From: Ruditapes philippinarum | Lineage: Eukaryota | Length of the DNA: 64,000 nt | Assembly (NCBI RefSeq): GCF_026571515.1 | Contig: NW_026855732.1 | Coordinates: 1 to 64,000, forward strand | Direction: 5' to 3' | Part shown: piece by piece, positions 25,017 through 37,149 of the stretch | Layout of the letters: every line of letters begins with the position of its first letter | Numbering within the stretch: the stretch's first letter is position 1 | The notes under the pieces: model-generated | What the model saw: only the letters and a program-made list of their open reading frames with translations | Database searches by the model: none | Told to the model about the DNA's origin: nothing | Made by a program: the position numbers and the translations under genes

Positions 25017-28000
25017 ATGTCTGGATACCATGCTAAGTTGGACGACAAAAGATTTACTAACTGGATAAAGACATGTATTGCCATCGATATATTTAGAGCA
25101 TATGTAGAGACTTTTGTTTACAAGGAAATAGAAAAGTTTCATTCAAGTATCCTTGAAACAATAGCAAATGAAAATAAAACGAAAAGTAATATTTATTGCT
25201 CCGAATGCAGAACTGCCAATGTATTGGATTGCAAAACGAATAACTTTTGCACCTTTAAGCATGGGAAATGTAGTAACCACTTTCCACCAGAACATACATC
25301 TCGTTCTTGCCCGAAAAACATCTGTAACCGTATCAAATATTTTATTCTAAAATGTCACGATTTTAATAGTCCTACATGGCAAAACACCAGTGCAGAGAAA
25401 TGGTGTTATAGTGCATGGGAGTTAGCAAAGTGTTATATGCCTAAAGGTGGGTATTTTGAAAAACAAAGTCCCGCCGAAACCGATTTAAATGGAATCATAA
25501 GCGTTATGTTGAACAACTCTAATATTTCAGGGACTATCGACAAATCAAATTGCGAAGAGGTAATTATCTTTTCTTTTTTCCTTTGAAGACTTTGCTAATT
25601 TCATTGAAAACATCACATCCAAAACTACATATATTACATGAAGGTTTGACACACACTACATTACAATATAGAAAACATGGGACTGACTTATTAATGACGC
25701 TAACTTTGCTTATTTGATACATTGAAAGCGTTGTCCTGTTAAATTATACCCGGCATCTAACAGCTGTTTATTCATAAGGAATATATTTAATTCTTAAGGT
25801 GACAACGGAGTCAATTATCACTGAAAATACCTTAAATGAGATTTTTTGCTTAGTAGATTTATCAACCTTTGCTGAACACATTCGTGATTTAATTTTGGAA
25901 GCAGTTAGTCCAAAAAATGTTTTTTAACGTTTTAAAACGGTACCTGTACCATTTTTATCCGCTATTCGCGTAACCTGTCAATTATCGATAACGCTCCGCC
26001 CCCTGTTGAGGCATCAATGAGGGAAATCGGTAGTTCCATATATGCGTGAATTACCGGTCCATACTGGTCCATACTACTCGTATTTGTTTAAATTCATGTA
26101 TCGTTACAAATACCGTACATCTTTTATGAATATCGTCTTTTATTTAGCCTTTTTTATAAAATAAGAAATTGTCGGCCAATGTACGTAACATAATGTATGA
26201 AACATGAATAATTAAGCATAGCGGCAAATCGCACGACCACGGGGTTGATTTAAAATATAGTTGCTAAAATATCCATAATGTGTGAAAATAATTTGTCTGT
26301 CCCGTTAATCTGATTGATATTACATTGAGTTTATGGACTTTTGTACGGATTCAAGGGCTTGCTTTACATTAATTTCAACCTCGTTTTTTAACACTGTCAA
26401 GTAAAACAGCAACAAAAACAGACAACATTTTTTATGTGAACGCCTATATGACTTGTGGTAAGGTGTCCCTGACAAATTTCTAAACCATTTTAGGTTGTCT
26501 AAGGATGATTATTTCTCCATGAATCAATAAAAAAAGATAATAAAATATATTATCAGTGAATGCTTTGAATAAATTGTTCCCCAGTAAATTGAACACAGTA
26601 CTAATAAACCTGGGACAAAGTATGGATTTTATTGTATATCCCAGTAGAAACTGGATATCTATGCCGTGCATAGATGATACGTGTATTCATGATAATAGAA
26701 GTCAAGAAGGTCAGATCATAATGATCGAGTGATACCTTTTATTTCTATTAAAATATGTGAAGCATTCATATCAATTTGGAGGAAAAAATATATAATATCC
26801 CGTTCTAATTTGAACATCTACCATGGACTTTAAAAGACCGTCAGAAGCTCAGGTTTTTGTTAATTTAATTTATATTTTAAAGGAATTTCATACACGAATA
26901 CACAGACAGAGTGACACTGGTATAATATAATAATAATGCTGATGATAATAATAATAAACTTCAAAAGTGAAACAATTAAATACCCCGCTAGCGGTGCGAA
27001 AATACGTTCCATTTCCCCCCACCGAGTGCCTCAAATTTTACCGAAAGTCACGTGACATGTGCGACAGATACCAGACGGACAATAAATCACATTAAGATTT
27101 GAAGAAATTTCTGTTATAAACTGATATTAATCAGCAAGTTTTTAATTGGTCAGATGTCACTTGGTCATAAAATGTTGTTAGAGTATGTTACCGCAACTTG
27201 TGACCCTCTCTGGTGCGATATTTGTGTATTATGCAATTATTTAGCGTGAAACGTAGGGGTCCGAGAGAGAGCAGCCGATTTATGACACTTCGTTTGATGC
27301 AGGTCGGACTAACTTTGAATCGGCATAACTTTTTTAATAATCAAGCAATTAACATGCGGTTTAAAGCACATGAAAGGGAATTCATTTACGGAGGGAACCG
27401 TGTCAGGGATTTTTGTTTGCTCAATCAGCGACTTAATTATCTTTAATTACGTAATATGTATGGTGAAAAAAGTCGCATAAAATGTTTGACGTTACGTAAT
27501 ATTTTTTTTGAGAAAAGATAGAAAAAATTTGAGACACGGTTCCCCAGATAATATAAATAAGGTTATTTTCCCAAAGTTTGATGACAAAAAAATAAAAAAT
27601 GACTTTGATATGACGATTTAAAATTTTAGGATTTTTATTCAAAATCAATCATTTACAAAGGCATTTTTTTCAAATATGTTATTTTTTGTGATGATCAACG
27701 ACATTTAATGCACAAAGATTAAATAAATAACAATTGTTACTAAAATAAGTTGGTTTAAATGACATTTATGTGAGTACCACGGAAAGTGTCTGTTGTCACC
27801 TTAACGAAACTTACAGATAAACTTTAATACCACTGCATGCGTTATGTTGGATTCTTTGGGACTAAAAAGTCTCCTTGACAACTGGTTGTTTGCTTTCTAT
27901 AAGAAGTACAATAGTACCAAGCGTTGTGATTAAAATATGGCGTTTCTAATAATTCAGAAAATTGCTATAGTATCGTTGGCCCGTAAAAATATTCTCCATA

Positions 28001-31000
28001 AAAGGCCGTTTTGTCATGCCTATACTTGTATATAGCGATTTTGAATTATGGCTATAAAACCTGTGCAATCTCAATCATTTTACACATTCTTTGTACAGTT
28101 TGTTAATTGTGATACTAATTGTGAATGTAGAATAATTAAATAAGCTATGCTTCCAGTGTATTGTTACATAAAAATCAAAATATCTGTTAAGTACAGTCCT
28201 CATCACATGATGCTTAGATTGGCCATTCAGATGTCAAAACCTTCCTGGCTTCCGTTGTTTCAACTTAGACAATATACATTACATATATATGTTGTACTTA
28301 TAGACATGTTGACCACTACAAGTATGGAGAGAAAGAAAAAGACAGAAGTTTATACAGTTGAAATACTTTATTATTTAAAATATCAGTCAACTGCAATAGA
28401 TGATTTATCAATATATATAAAGTGTTTGTTTTCCAGTTGATTATGTTATAATACTATATATATTATAAATATAAAGAATAAAAACATGTCATAATTTCAG
28501 ATACGTGGATATTGTAACTCACTTCGGCATACATCAAATTTTTATGTGGTTGACCAAAAGTTAGCTATGTTCCTCGACATGCTCGTTTCGTTTTTGGAAA
28601 ATTCACCAGCATTTCACAACGACAAGAAAGCTAAAGAAGCTATCAAAGAAATCAAGGAGGTAAGTCAAAATTTAATAAAGTTAGACACGTGAAGGTAAGG
28701 AGCGGTAGCCCGACGGGGAACATAGCAAACTCAAGGTTACAAAGCAATGTGAATTAAACTCTGAGATATATACAGTCATGATTCCCGTTGGGCGCCAAAT
28801 GTCACAGGGTGAGAAAAATTGTGCAGCCTTCATGACCTGGACTCAAACCCGGGGCCCTCGGAATACCGTTTCGCGGTTCTACCGACTGAGCTATCCAACC
28901 GTTACACACCTTCTCCGCTAAATATAAAATAGTTAACCGTGTTGCTTGCATTAGTGACAAAAGAGCTAATTATTACGACTGTCTTTATCTTGCAAGGTTA
29001 GAGCAGAGGAGTTTAAAATAACTGTTCCTGATGTCACACGAGTGATACAAAAATCAATCCAAGAAGAACGGATCCAGTGTTCTAAAGATATAGCTAAAGA
29101 ATCAAAAGATTACATAGAGGAATTGCAGAAACTAAGAAGTGAGATTGAAACCATTGCAACTAAAAGTATCAACGAAATCATTTCTGAAAAACACAAAGCC
29201 ATCGAAAAGATAACAAGTACAGCATCTTTACAAGTATCAGCTGGAAAAGACGAAATTGTAAAAGCTACAAAAGATGCACGTACTGAGATAGAATCTTTTG
29301 TGAAAGGAACTAATACACAACTAAGAGAACGTATGTTACTTTTCCATTCTGAACTACATTTAAAATAAACTATTTCATTCCGTACTATTGTTATATTATA
29401 CATTATTTGCGAATAAATTCGGTGTAGGAAATTTAAATATTAAGCTTTATAAACAAAAGTATTTTTGACATCTTGTATGCTTCGTAATTTAAGTTTATGT
29501 GTTTTTCTTTTGTCAATTCTCTAATTTTTTCTTTTCAGGGCTTAGAAAAGACCTTCTTGATTGGAACAAATCTAAACATAACGAAATCCCAATCACTCCG
29601 TTATTCGACGATACCGAAGTGCCAATCACAGACTTTTATGTCCGTCCGCAACTAGTTTCTGTTGAAAGACAAAGTTACGGATCGGTTTGGAAAAGAAATG
29701 AGAATACCCACCAATTCATTACGCGACGTTTTTTATAAACACGAAATAAGACATAATGAAATTTATCTTACATCAGATGCAGGATTTGGAAAATCTTCTT
29801 TAAGCAAATATTTAGTAATGGCATGGTGGTACGCTTTGACACCAGATTCTGACCCGTCGAGTCAGTATTTTTCCGAAGAAGATAAGAAGGTTATGGAAGT
29901 GTTTGACTATGCATTTCTGATCAACCTGCGTGAACTAGCTTATGAATGTGATGTTGACAAAATAATATTTAAACATATCATTTGCGATTTATCTCATTCT
30001 TCAGAATATTCTCTCTCATTTCTTCAAAATATTCTCCATGATGAAAACTGCTTGATAATTCTTGATGGTTTAGATGAATGGTCACATCCCACGGGTACAG
30101 AATGCAATAAAATGTGTGACGATATACCCCACAGGAAAGCAAGACAAGCATGTACAGTCGTGACCACTTCTAGGCCCTGGAAGCTTAGCGCAATAAAAGT
30201 CAGAACAAGTCAGATAGACAAACATGTTGAACTATGTGCACTTACCAAAGATCAAATAATCTGTCTCAAGAAAATGTCTGTAACAAAACTTATAGGTAGG
30301 AACGGTGAAATAAGCAACATAATCGAGGCATTAAATGCTGAAATTAAAGAAAGAGAACTAGAAAATCTTGAATCAAACCCAATGCTACTTATGTACTTAG
30401 TTTGTTTAAAAACTGAAGGGAAACCACTTGGAAAATCAAAATCTGAGCTTTACACACAGATCATTGAGCTTCTGCTGGTGCGTGCTATACAAAAAACAGA
30501 AAGAAATTCGAGCAATGATATGAATATTGAAAATTTGACAAAGGGTGATCTAGATCAAGAAAATATTCCCCTTTGTTTAAGAGAACACGAGTTACCTCTA
30601 CGATACTATCACCTTTTAAAGCAGCTTGGGCATTTGGCATTTACGACATTATTTGACGATTGCAAATCAAATACACTGGTATTTGATAAAAAGAAAGCCA
30701 GTGGTTGCTTGTCTAAAGATTTCTTACACGCGAGCCTTTTTTCCGGCATGTTGACGGAAAGTAAAATTATGGGTTCCTTATTGATAAAACAAAGTAATGT
30801 ATCATTTTGCCATAAGACCATTCAAGAGTATTTTGCTGCCATTTACATGCACATGACGCGAGATGAAGATTTTACTGTAAAAACAACGCTGAAATTTTGT
30901 AATTCGGTTAATCGCTTACTTGAAATGGAGAAAGTGTTTATCTTCTTGTGTGGCTGTAGCTATGAAACTTTTGAACGTTTCTTAAATGAGTTGTGGACAG

Positions 31001-32241
31001 TAGTGGAAACTGATAAAAGTGCTATAGAATACAGACACGGTTGTATAAGCAGTACTTCTAACTACAATATGAAAATAAAACCAATGAAAGATCTTCAATC
31101 AATGTATATCAGCTGTCTAAAAGAAATGGAAATGCAAAACGATGGGAGTAAAAGTCAAAACATTGGAAAATTAAAACTATATCTACATGACATATTTATT
31201 GACGAAGATTGCAAAGACAATAAATACATGTTATACTTGAAGAGTATGAAGGAAATGAATGAAGGTAAAATGAAATCATTTAGTATTAGAATTGAAGGCT
31301 TTTCAAATTTTGGTGATATTGAGGAGAAATTTCAACTCGAAAAGGAAACCTCTCTGGAAAAAATTAACTTTAGGGGAGAATGTTGCAGTAATGATATTCA
31401 AAAGTTGCTATGTAGTTCGGCAAATAGTTTAAAATGTGTAGAGATATTGTCAAGTATATGGACTGACAATAGATTTGTACCAACATACACCATATGGACT
31501 GATGCAATAACCAATACCTTTCAAAGGATGCATAACCTAGAAGCGCTGCATCTTTATGCTTTCCAAATGTCTCACACGCAGCTGAAGGAAATGATTTCTT
31601 TCATAGAACAGCATATTATAATGAAAGATATTGCAATTTTGAACCTAAAATGCGCCGATCACGACTTGTGTAGCGGCTGTCAACTGGATCTATCTGGACA
31701 TAGGAAATTGCGGCTATTGTCTATAGACAACTTACCGTTGTCCAAGCTTTCAATCAATGTGTCTGAACTAGAAGATTGTGTTCTTGGAAAGATTTCAAAT
31801 TCAAGCGTCCTGACATCATTCCTTACGGCATTGAAATCTGCAATTAGGGTGCAAGGCTTAACTTGCAGACATATAAGTTCCACGGATGAAATTGATAAAA
31901 TGATTGAAACAATAAGTTCTATGCCAAACCTCAGTTTTATACGATTGTTATATTCTGATCTCGGTGAAAGACAAGTCTTTTTGTCAAACAAAATGTCCTC
32001 TCTTCAGCTGGTACGCTTTGTTGAAGTTATTGTGAAATGTTGTGTACTGTGTGACATTGTAATGGTTATCAAATCATTTCCTAAGCCCGTTACCATTGAG
32101 TTATCAAAGTGTACTGTATATACTGAGACTGAATTTGATGCGTTTAAAACAGAAATTAAAAAAGATAGTAAGATTTTATTTGTACATGAAGGCAGTGGAT
32201 GTGAGTTAACATTTAAGACCTACGGAAATCAAAAGTTGTGA
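25017..32241 (+). CDS. NLR-like protein: CXorf38/DUF4559 HEPN-like domain, coiled coil, NACHT, LRR-like region; one frameshift (possible pseudogene or assembly error)
   Basis: Exons 25017-25559, 28501-28659, 28997-29330, 29539-32241 (GT-AG, phases 0/0/1). N-terminus NWIKTCIA..CPKNIC..H..PTWQNT..WELAKCYMP.GGY..TDLNGII..NSLRH; Walker A TSDAGFGKS, Walker B LIILDGLDE, VTTSRP, winged-helix FCHKTIQEYFAA, Leu-rich C-terminus. Exon total is 3739 nt, one nt off frame; the shift must lie in 29656-29735. Confidence 0.8.
25798..27800. mobile_element. Kolobok-like non-autonomous DNA transposon (~2.0 kb) in an NLR intron
   Basis: TTAA-GGTGACAACGGA ... TCTGTTGTCACC-TTAA: TIRs beginning GG with TTAA duplication; no long ORF. 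Confidence 0.7.
28786..28919 (-). mobile_element. tRNA-derived short LTR (28906-28800) with upstream purine tract and downstream tRNA-Lys PBS
   Basis: Minus strand: AGCGGAGAAGGTG | TGTAACGGTTGGA TAGCTCAGTCGG (A box) ... GGTTTGAGTCC (B box) ... CCCTGTGACA | TT TGGCGCCCAACG, matching the first 12 nt of the tRNA-Lys1,2 PBS. Confidence 0.7.
29662..32241 (+). CDS. NACHT-LRR portion of the NLR-like gene (terminal exon)
   Basis: Uninterrupted 859-aa ORF with NACHT P-loop, Walker B, WHD motif and degenerate LxxLxL repeats. Confidence 0.9.
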   Translation: MKDKVTDRFGKEMRIPTNSLRDVFYKHEIRHNEIYLTSDAGFGKSSLSKYLVMAWWYALTPDSDPSSQYFSEEDKKVMEVFDYAFLINLRELAYECDVDKIIFKHIICDLSHSSEYSLSFLQNILHDENCLIILDGLDEWSHPTGTECNKMCDDIPHRKARQACTVVTTSRPWKLSAIKVRTSQIDKHVELCALTKDQIICLKKMSVTKLIGRNGEISNIIEALNAEIKERELENLESNPMLLMYLVCLKTEGKPLGKSKSELYTQIIELLLVRAIQKTERNSSNDMNIENLTKGDLDQENIPLCLREHELPLRYYHLLKQLGHLAFTTLFDDCKSNTLVFDKKKASGCLSKDFLHASLFSGMLTESKIMGSLLIKQSNVSFCHKTIQEYFAAIYMHMTRDEDFTVKTTLKFCNSVNRLLEMEKVFIFLCGCSYETFERFLNELWTVVETDKSAIEYRHGCISSTSNYNMKIKPMKDLQSMYISCLKEMEMQNDGSKSQNIGKLKLYLHDIFIDEDCKDNKYMLYLKSMKEMNEGKMKSFSIRIEGFSNFGDIEEKFQLEKETSLEKINFRGECCSNDIQKLLCSSANSLKCVEILSSIWTDNRFVPTYTIWTDAITNTFQRMHNLEALHLYAFQMSHTQLKEMISFIEQHIIMKDIAILNLKCADHDLCSGCQLDLSGHRKLRLLSIDNLPLSKLSINVSELEDCVLGKISNSSVLTSFLTALKSAIRVQGLTCRHISSTDEIDKMIETISSMPNLSFIRLLYSDLGERQVFLSNKMSSLQLVRFVEVIVKCCVLCDIVMVIKSFPKPVTIELSKCTVYTETEFDAFKTEIKKDSKILFVHEGSGCELTFKTYGNQKL

Positions 32242-33821
32242 AGAAATGTCAAGATAGATATACTGAATGTCGAATATGGCTGAATTTTATATACATGAAC
32301 CAAACAACTTAATTTCATTCACCAACGTTATAGTAACAATACTTAAAACAAGAATATGCCTCTATTATCTGGCGAGAAAATCTCATAAGATAAAAAAGTG
32401 TGATTTCACTAGCAATAACCAAGGGCAATAATGAACGCAAAATGAAAAGCCTGCCACATTTTTACAGTAGCGTCTCTTGGAACAGTCGTGATGGCCAAGC
32501 CATGAATGTGATATACATGAATGGGAAAAGATTTTCTTTTAACTGTAGAATGATAGAAACAAATTCGTAAGGAATATCTCTTTTTCTGCGATTTCTGCAA
32601 TCACGCTAGCAGGTCGTTGACATTTCTTGGCTTCTTCGGGATCATTGATTCAAAAAAACAAAAGCTTAGTTTAAACATATTTTATTGCATCAAATACATG
32701 CCAAATATTATACAAGTGGTGAGTTTATAACAAAAAGGCAACAATTTTGGAAAAGATTTTCTTATGATTTGATATCTTTCGTTCTAATCCATTTCAGATG
32801 AATCATGTATTGTGTATGTTCTGGAATAAAATATATTAAAACTAAAACAATTTTAGATAAAAAAAGAATACTGCTTATGACGGGTATAAGGTTATGATGT
32901 ATAAGCACTTTCCGTTATCTCTTAAGAAAATTTCAACCAAACCTATACTGTAATTGTCACTTACAGCTATCATGTAGAGTCAAGCACCATTTTCTATAAT
33001 TTTCACTTAGCCGGTAAATTATTTTATGGTGCAAAAAGTCAACAGAACTTAACATTGGTTCAACCCAAGTGCTTGACAATTAATTGCGTTGTTGCCTATC
33101 CTTTTGGGTTGTTGTATCTCTTTAACAAACTTTATAAACAAGAAATGCATTTGCTTAAAGTATAAAGATATTTGTTTTGTTCAGACGTTTTTATTTATTT
33201 AAAGCTGCATGCCCCCAGATGAGTAAAAATATTTCAACAAAATAAAATTTGAAAAAAACAAAAAAGTTTCAGTTGATACTTAACATGTACGATACCTTTT
33301 TGTTCAAGGAAATGATTCGAAAGTGTTGCTATAAGCTTAAAGCTTCAACCACAATCGAACTTATAAAATTTCAAACAATCCTGATGTACTCTTCTCCTGT
33401 TTTACTTTCTGTATTAAATGAATTATGTATAAATTATAAACTACTAATCTAAAGTTGAACATTGAGATGAAGATGAAGGTGAAAGCTTTAGCATTCAATG
33501 GTGTTTTAATGTTATGATATGATATGCAAAAATACACATAACAATTACGTTTCAATGTAAATTTGCACTTAAAATAATCCCTCAGTGAAAATTGATTTAT
33601 CAAAATTTAATACCTTACACTTAAGTGAATTGAAACTACAGACCACAGAAGAATAAGCCCTGCCCATTCTCGCATCACAGGTGAAATGAATGTGAAGATT
33701 TATGTTTTCAAGCCAAAAAAAAGCGAGGAAAAAAACAATATTTAAACAATATAAAAAAATAAGTAAACAAACAAGATTTCTAAATACGCATTTCGCGAGA
33801 ACTTGATTACAAATAAGTAGG

Positions 33822-36616
33822 TTATGCGCAATTTCTTAAATAATATGTAAAGTTACTTCCAGATTCATTGAAATCACCAGGTAAAGTGCGGGGTGTGCTT
33901 GTCTGCATTGAACACCAACCACCTGTGTCATATGTTGGGCTGTGATTGCATCCACGGCATGTGTCCGTATTAGTACACCACGTGATACAGTCACGCGCTG
34001 TTTTCTGGTTGGATACGTCTATACTTTCGCCTTGAAAGTAATGTCCTGGATGGGCTATATAGGTTGACCCGTACACAGTACAGTCTACAACATAAGAGGC
34101 AAATGTGCTATCAGAAAATAAGAACCAAATAACTTTGATACAAAACTCATCCATCCTGTTAAATGCTTTATTCGCATTCAAAAATTTAGAAATGTTTTGC
34201 AGGGCCTCATTTCAGTTAAGATAATTTCTGATTCCATTTGTTAATGATTAAATACGATAAAAATGAAAGTGATCAAAAGTAAATTTGGTTGATTAGTTAT
34301 AATTTGATAACGAAGTCTTCAAATAATGTATTTTCGTTAAGAGAATTTCATATGTTTGTTTGTTTGAATGCGGTTTACGTCACACCGACACAGTAACGTC
34401 ATATATAGCAACGTACTAGCTTTCCTGGTGAAGGAAGACCTCATGTGCCCTTCCTTACAATATTTGAGGCACGAACGGGCACCTGACTAGAATCGCCGAC
34501 GTTCCGTAAGCTATCTGGATAGCTTCATCACATAAAAGAATCCAAAGTCCCTGTCGCGAATCCAACCCACAGCTATGAGGGGCAAGTGGTTTGAAGTAAA
34601 CGACCTTAACCACTCGGTCACGATCATTTTATGTTTAGATAGATTGTATAATTTTGAGATAAAGTTTAAACCTTCAGGGCACGTCTTATAGAAATAAAGA
34701 TATATATTATTAATATTTAACTATATAAATTTTACAATTAACTATTTAACAAAACTCTGCTTGGTATAAAAACTGCTCACTTGGTGTGCAAAATCCTGTA
34801 ACTGGATCAAAACTGTATTCAGGGAGACAATTGCAGAAGCCGTCGATACAATAAGTGAACTCCTCGATGCAATTGGCGTTTGATTGACATTCATCACCTT
34901 TCCTGAGATAGTCAGGCAAGTTCTCTGTCATCGATATAGACACTGATGAGGGAATAAATAAATGTGTAAAATATTTGTTAGATCCGATTTATTCAGGAAA
35001 TACAATACTGTCTGTGTTTTTTTGTAATTTTGTTGAGCACTCGCTCAAGTTGTTTAAAGAGATATTCAGGCAAAATAATGACAAAAATATTAAAATGGTC
35101 TTATGTACTCAAATCACGCTAAAATGACATTTCTTGAAGTTTCAGCATGAATTTCTGTTTAAATTCTAAATATTTTGGGTTTGAAGCGTAAATATATCTA
35201 AAGATATATGTTGAACAAAATTTAGACCCGAATAGAATCACCAAATAGTTTTAAAACAAGTCACATGACTTGAACAAACCCTTGAAGTTACAATAACAGA
35301 TATTATGGATATTGTATGATTGAAACAAGTCTAAGTCATTCATTTGACATGTTCTTTAACGTTTCCAGAGTTCACTTGACAACTATTGTGAAACCCTAAC
35401 GCTCTAACCTGACCCACGCGGGTCAAGTTAGGAAACCACCATTTTATTCTTTATATGGAGAAAAGTTTTGTTCCTTTGACTGTCTAATATATTCATGTTG
35501 AGGGCATTTACAGAATAATTACTGAAAAACTCAAAACTAAGAAATGAAAATTTTGCCTGTGTCTCCCTTTAAATGTTAACTCTACAAAGAATCCAAATGA
35601 AAACTTGCATGTTTCATGTCATATAGGAACGTTATTTATGTCTTAATATCATACAAATTCTGTTACAAATCTGTAAAGAATGACCATAATATTACGGAAA
35701 CAAAACATTTTACCGTAATAAATTTGAAATCATTAAGTTATTATACTCTTTATAGTAAGTTAAATTGAAACTTTATGACTTTATGTCATAATTCAAATTG
35801 TCGCTCTTTCGTTTTCGTTGCTTTTCACGGTCTGTCGTTTCTCCTTTGGTTGAACAGTTTTTGTTATCAAACTTTGTATCATATATTAAAACGTTTGCTA
35901 CGATTATTTTCTATATGAAAGCGAATTTGAAGTTTTTAGTTAATCTTTTGATTATATCAAAATCTATTCTTAGAAAATAAAGACGTCTGGCTCTGCCAGA
36001 CATAAACAATCAAAGTTTTGTGTTTGTGTTAACTCTACTGATTATGACACAAATATTAACAAAGAGGAACATGTACCGTGTTAATAGTAAAACATAAACA
36101 AATATTTTTGTAAAGAGGATTAAGGAAATGATGTAAAAATTTGCACCAAAGTTATTGATTAAGACCTTCATCAAATGGTACATAAATCTCGAGGAAAGAA
36201 AATAAAGAAAAGCAACAAAAAAAAATAAATAAATAAAAATCCACAGAAAAAACAACAGAAAACAACAACAACAGTAAAAAAAAAATCATTTGAGTCCTTT
36301 TTAGGTATAAATAAATTGCTTCATTATAAAGTTTTTCTTTTGAAAGTTTTAACACAAGTCTGTTTTGTTGTGATTAATGATTCCGAGGGATCACTTTGTT
36401 TCCAGATTTTTATCAAAAGTACAAGTCTGGGAATGTGTCTGCTTTACGAATATACTTTTACATGTATTATATTTTTCACATAAGTCTTAAAATGTCAGCG
36501 TTCACTATATAGCAATAATAAATTTTTACATACGCTTTCAAGTGTCAGCTTAGTATATAAATATAGCAATAATTATTTTTCACATAAGTCTTAAAGTGTC
36601 AGCTTACAGTATACAA

Positions 36617-36697
<81 letters not shown>

Positions 36698-37149
36698 CAA
36701 TACATAACTGTTTTACAGATTCAAGACCGGTTTAGTGGTTTGCTATTCGAAAAGGAATGTGAAAAAACAAACAAATAACAAATAAAAAACAACAGAAACA
36801 AACAAACTGAAACCAATTCATTAATATCATTAAACATACCTTGTGATTCCAGGCTCATAAAACTGTATGTGTTACTGTCATTTACAGTAATCAAGACAGA
36901 GCAACCAATACAAACATTATCTTCAGGACTGTACAAAATACCCAGACAGCTCACATTTGAGGTACACTTGCTTGCACAAATGGCAACGCTGGCAACACCA
37001 TCAGTTTCAAACACATGTTGGCTCGGGATATTTCGGTAGCAGCCAAGGTTCTCCAACGCATGGAATGTTGTCAATATAACACCAGCAAAAACAATTGGAA
37101 ATTTGAAAAACGAAATCACCAGAAAACAAGATTTAGTCATTTTCAACAT
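33822..37149 (-). CDS. Secreted Cys-rich PAN/Apple - EB/EGF-like - PAN/Apple protein, 3 exons, 244 aa
   Basis: Exons 37149-36840, 34942-34781, 34084-33822 (GT-AG, phases 1/1, 735 nt). Hydrophobic N-terminus; CASKC....C...Y......C; C.....C.....C..G.C.C...Y; C...C.....C.G.........C..........Y..C. Confidence 0.75.
34353..34622 (-). mobile_element. tRNA-derived SINE (bivalve Meta/Deu-type core, tentative)
   Basis: Minus strand: head CGTGACCGAGTGGTTAAGG (A box), degenerate B box GGGTTGGATTCG, core GAAGCTATCCAGATAGCTTACGGAACGTCGG, (CAAA)n tail. Confidence 0.75.
35058..35568. mobile_element. TTAA-flanked (Kolobok-like) MITE
   Basis: TTAA-AGAGATATTCAGGCAAAA ... TTTTGCCTGTGTCTCCCT-TTAA imperfect TIRs. 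Confidence 0.6.
36619..36694 (+). repeat. (AAT)n microsatellite
   Basis: About 24 AAT units with one AGT interruption. Confidence 0.97.

Noticed and set aside
28820-28900. Functional tRNA gene
   Set aside because: B box and stems are degenerate, there is no clear acceptor stem, and it is embedded in an LTR-like unit.
34540-34622. tRNA gene
   Set aside because: Degenerate SINE head followed by a SINE core and microsatellite tail.
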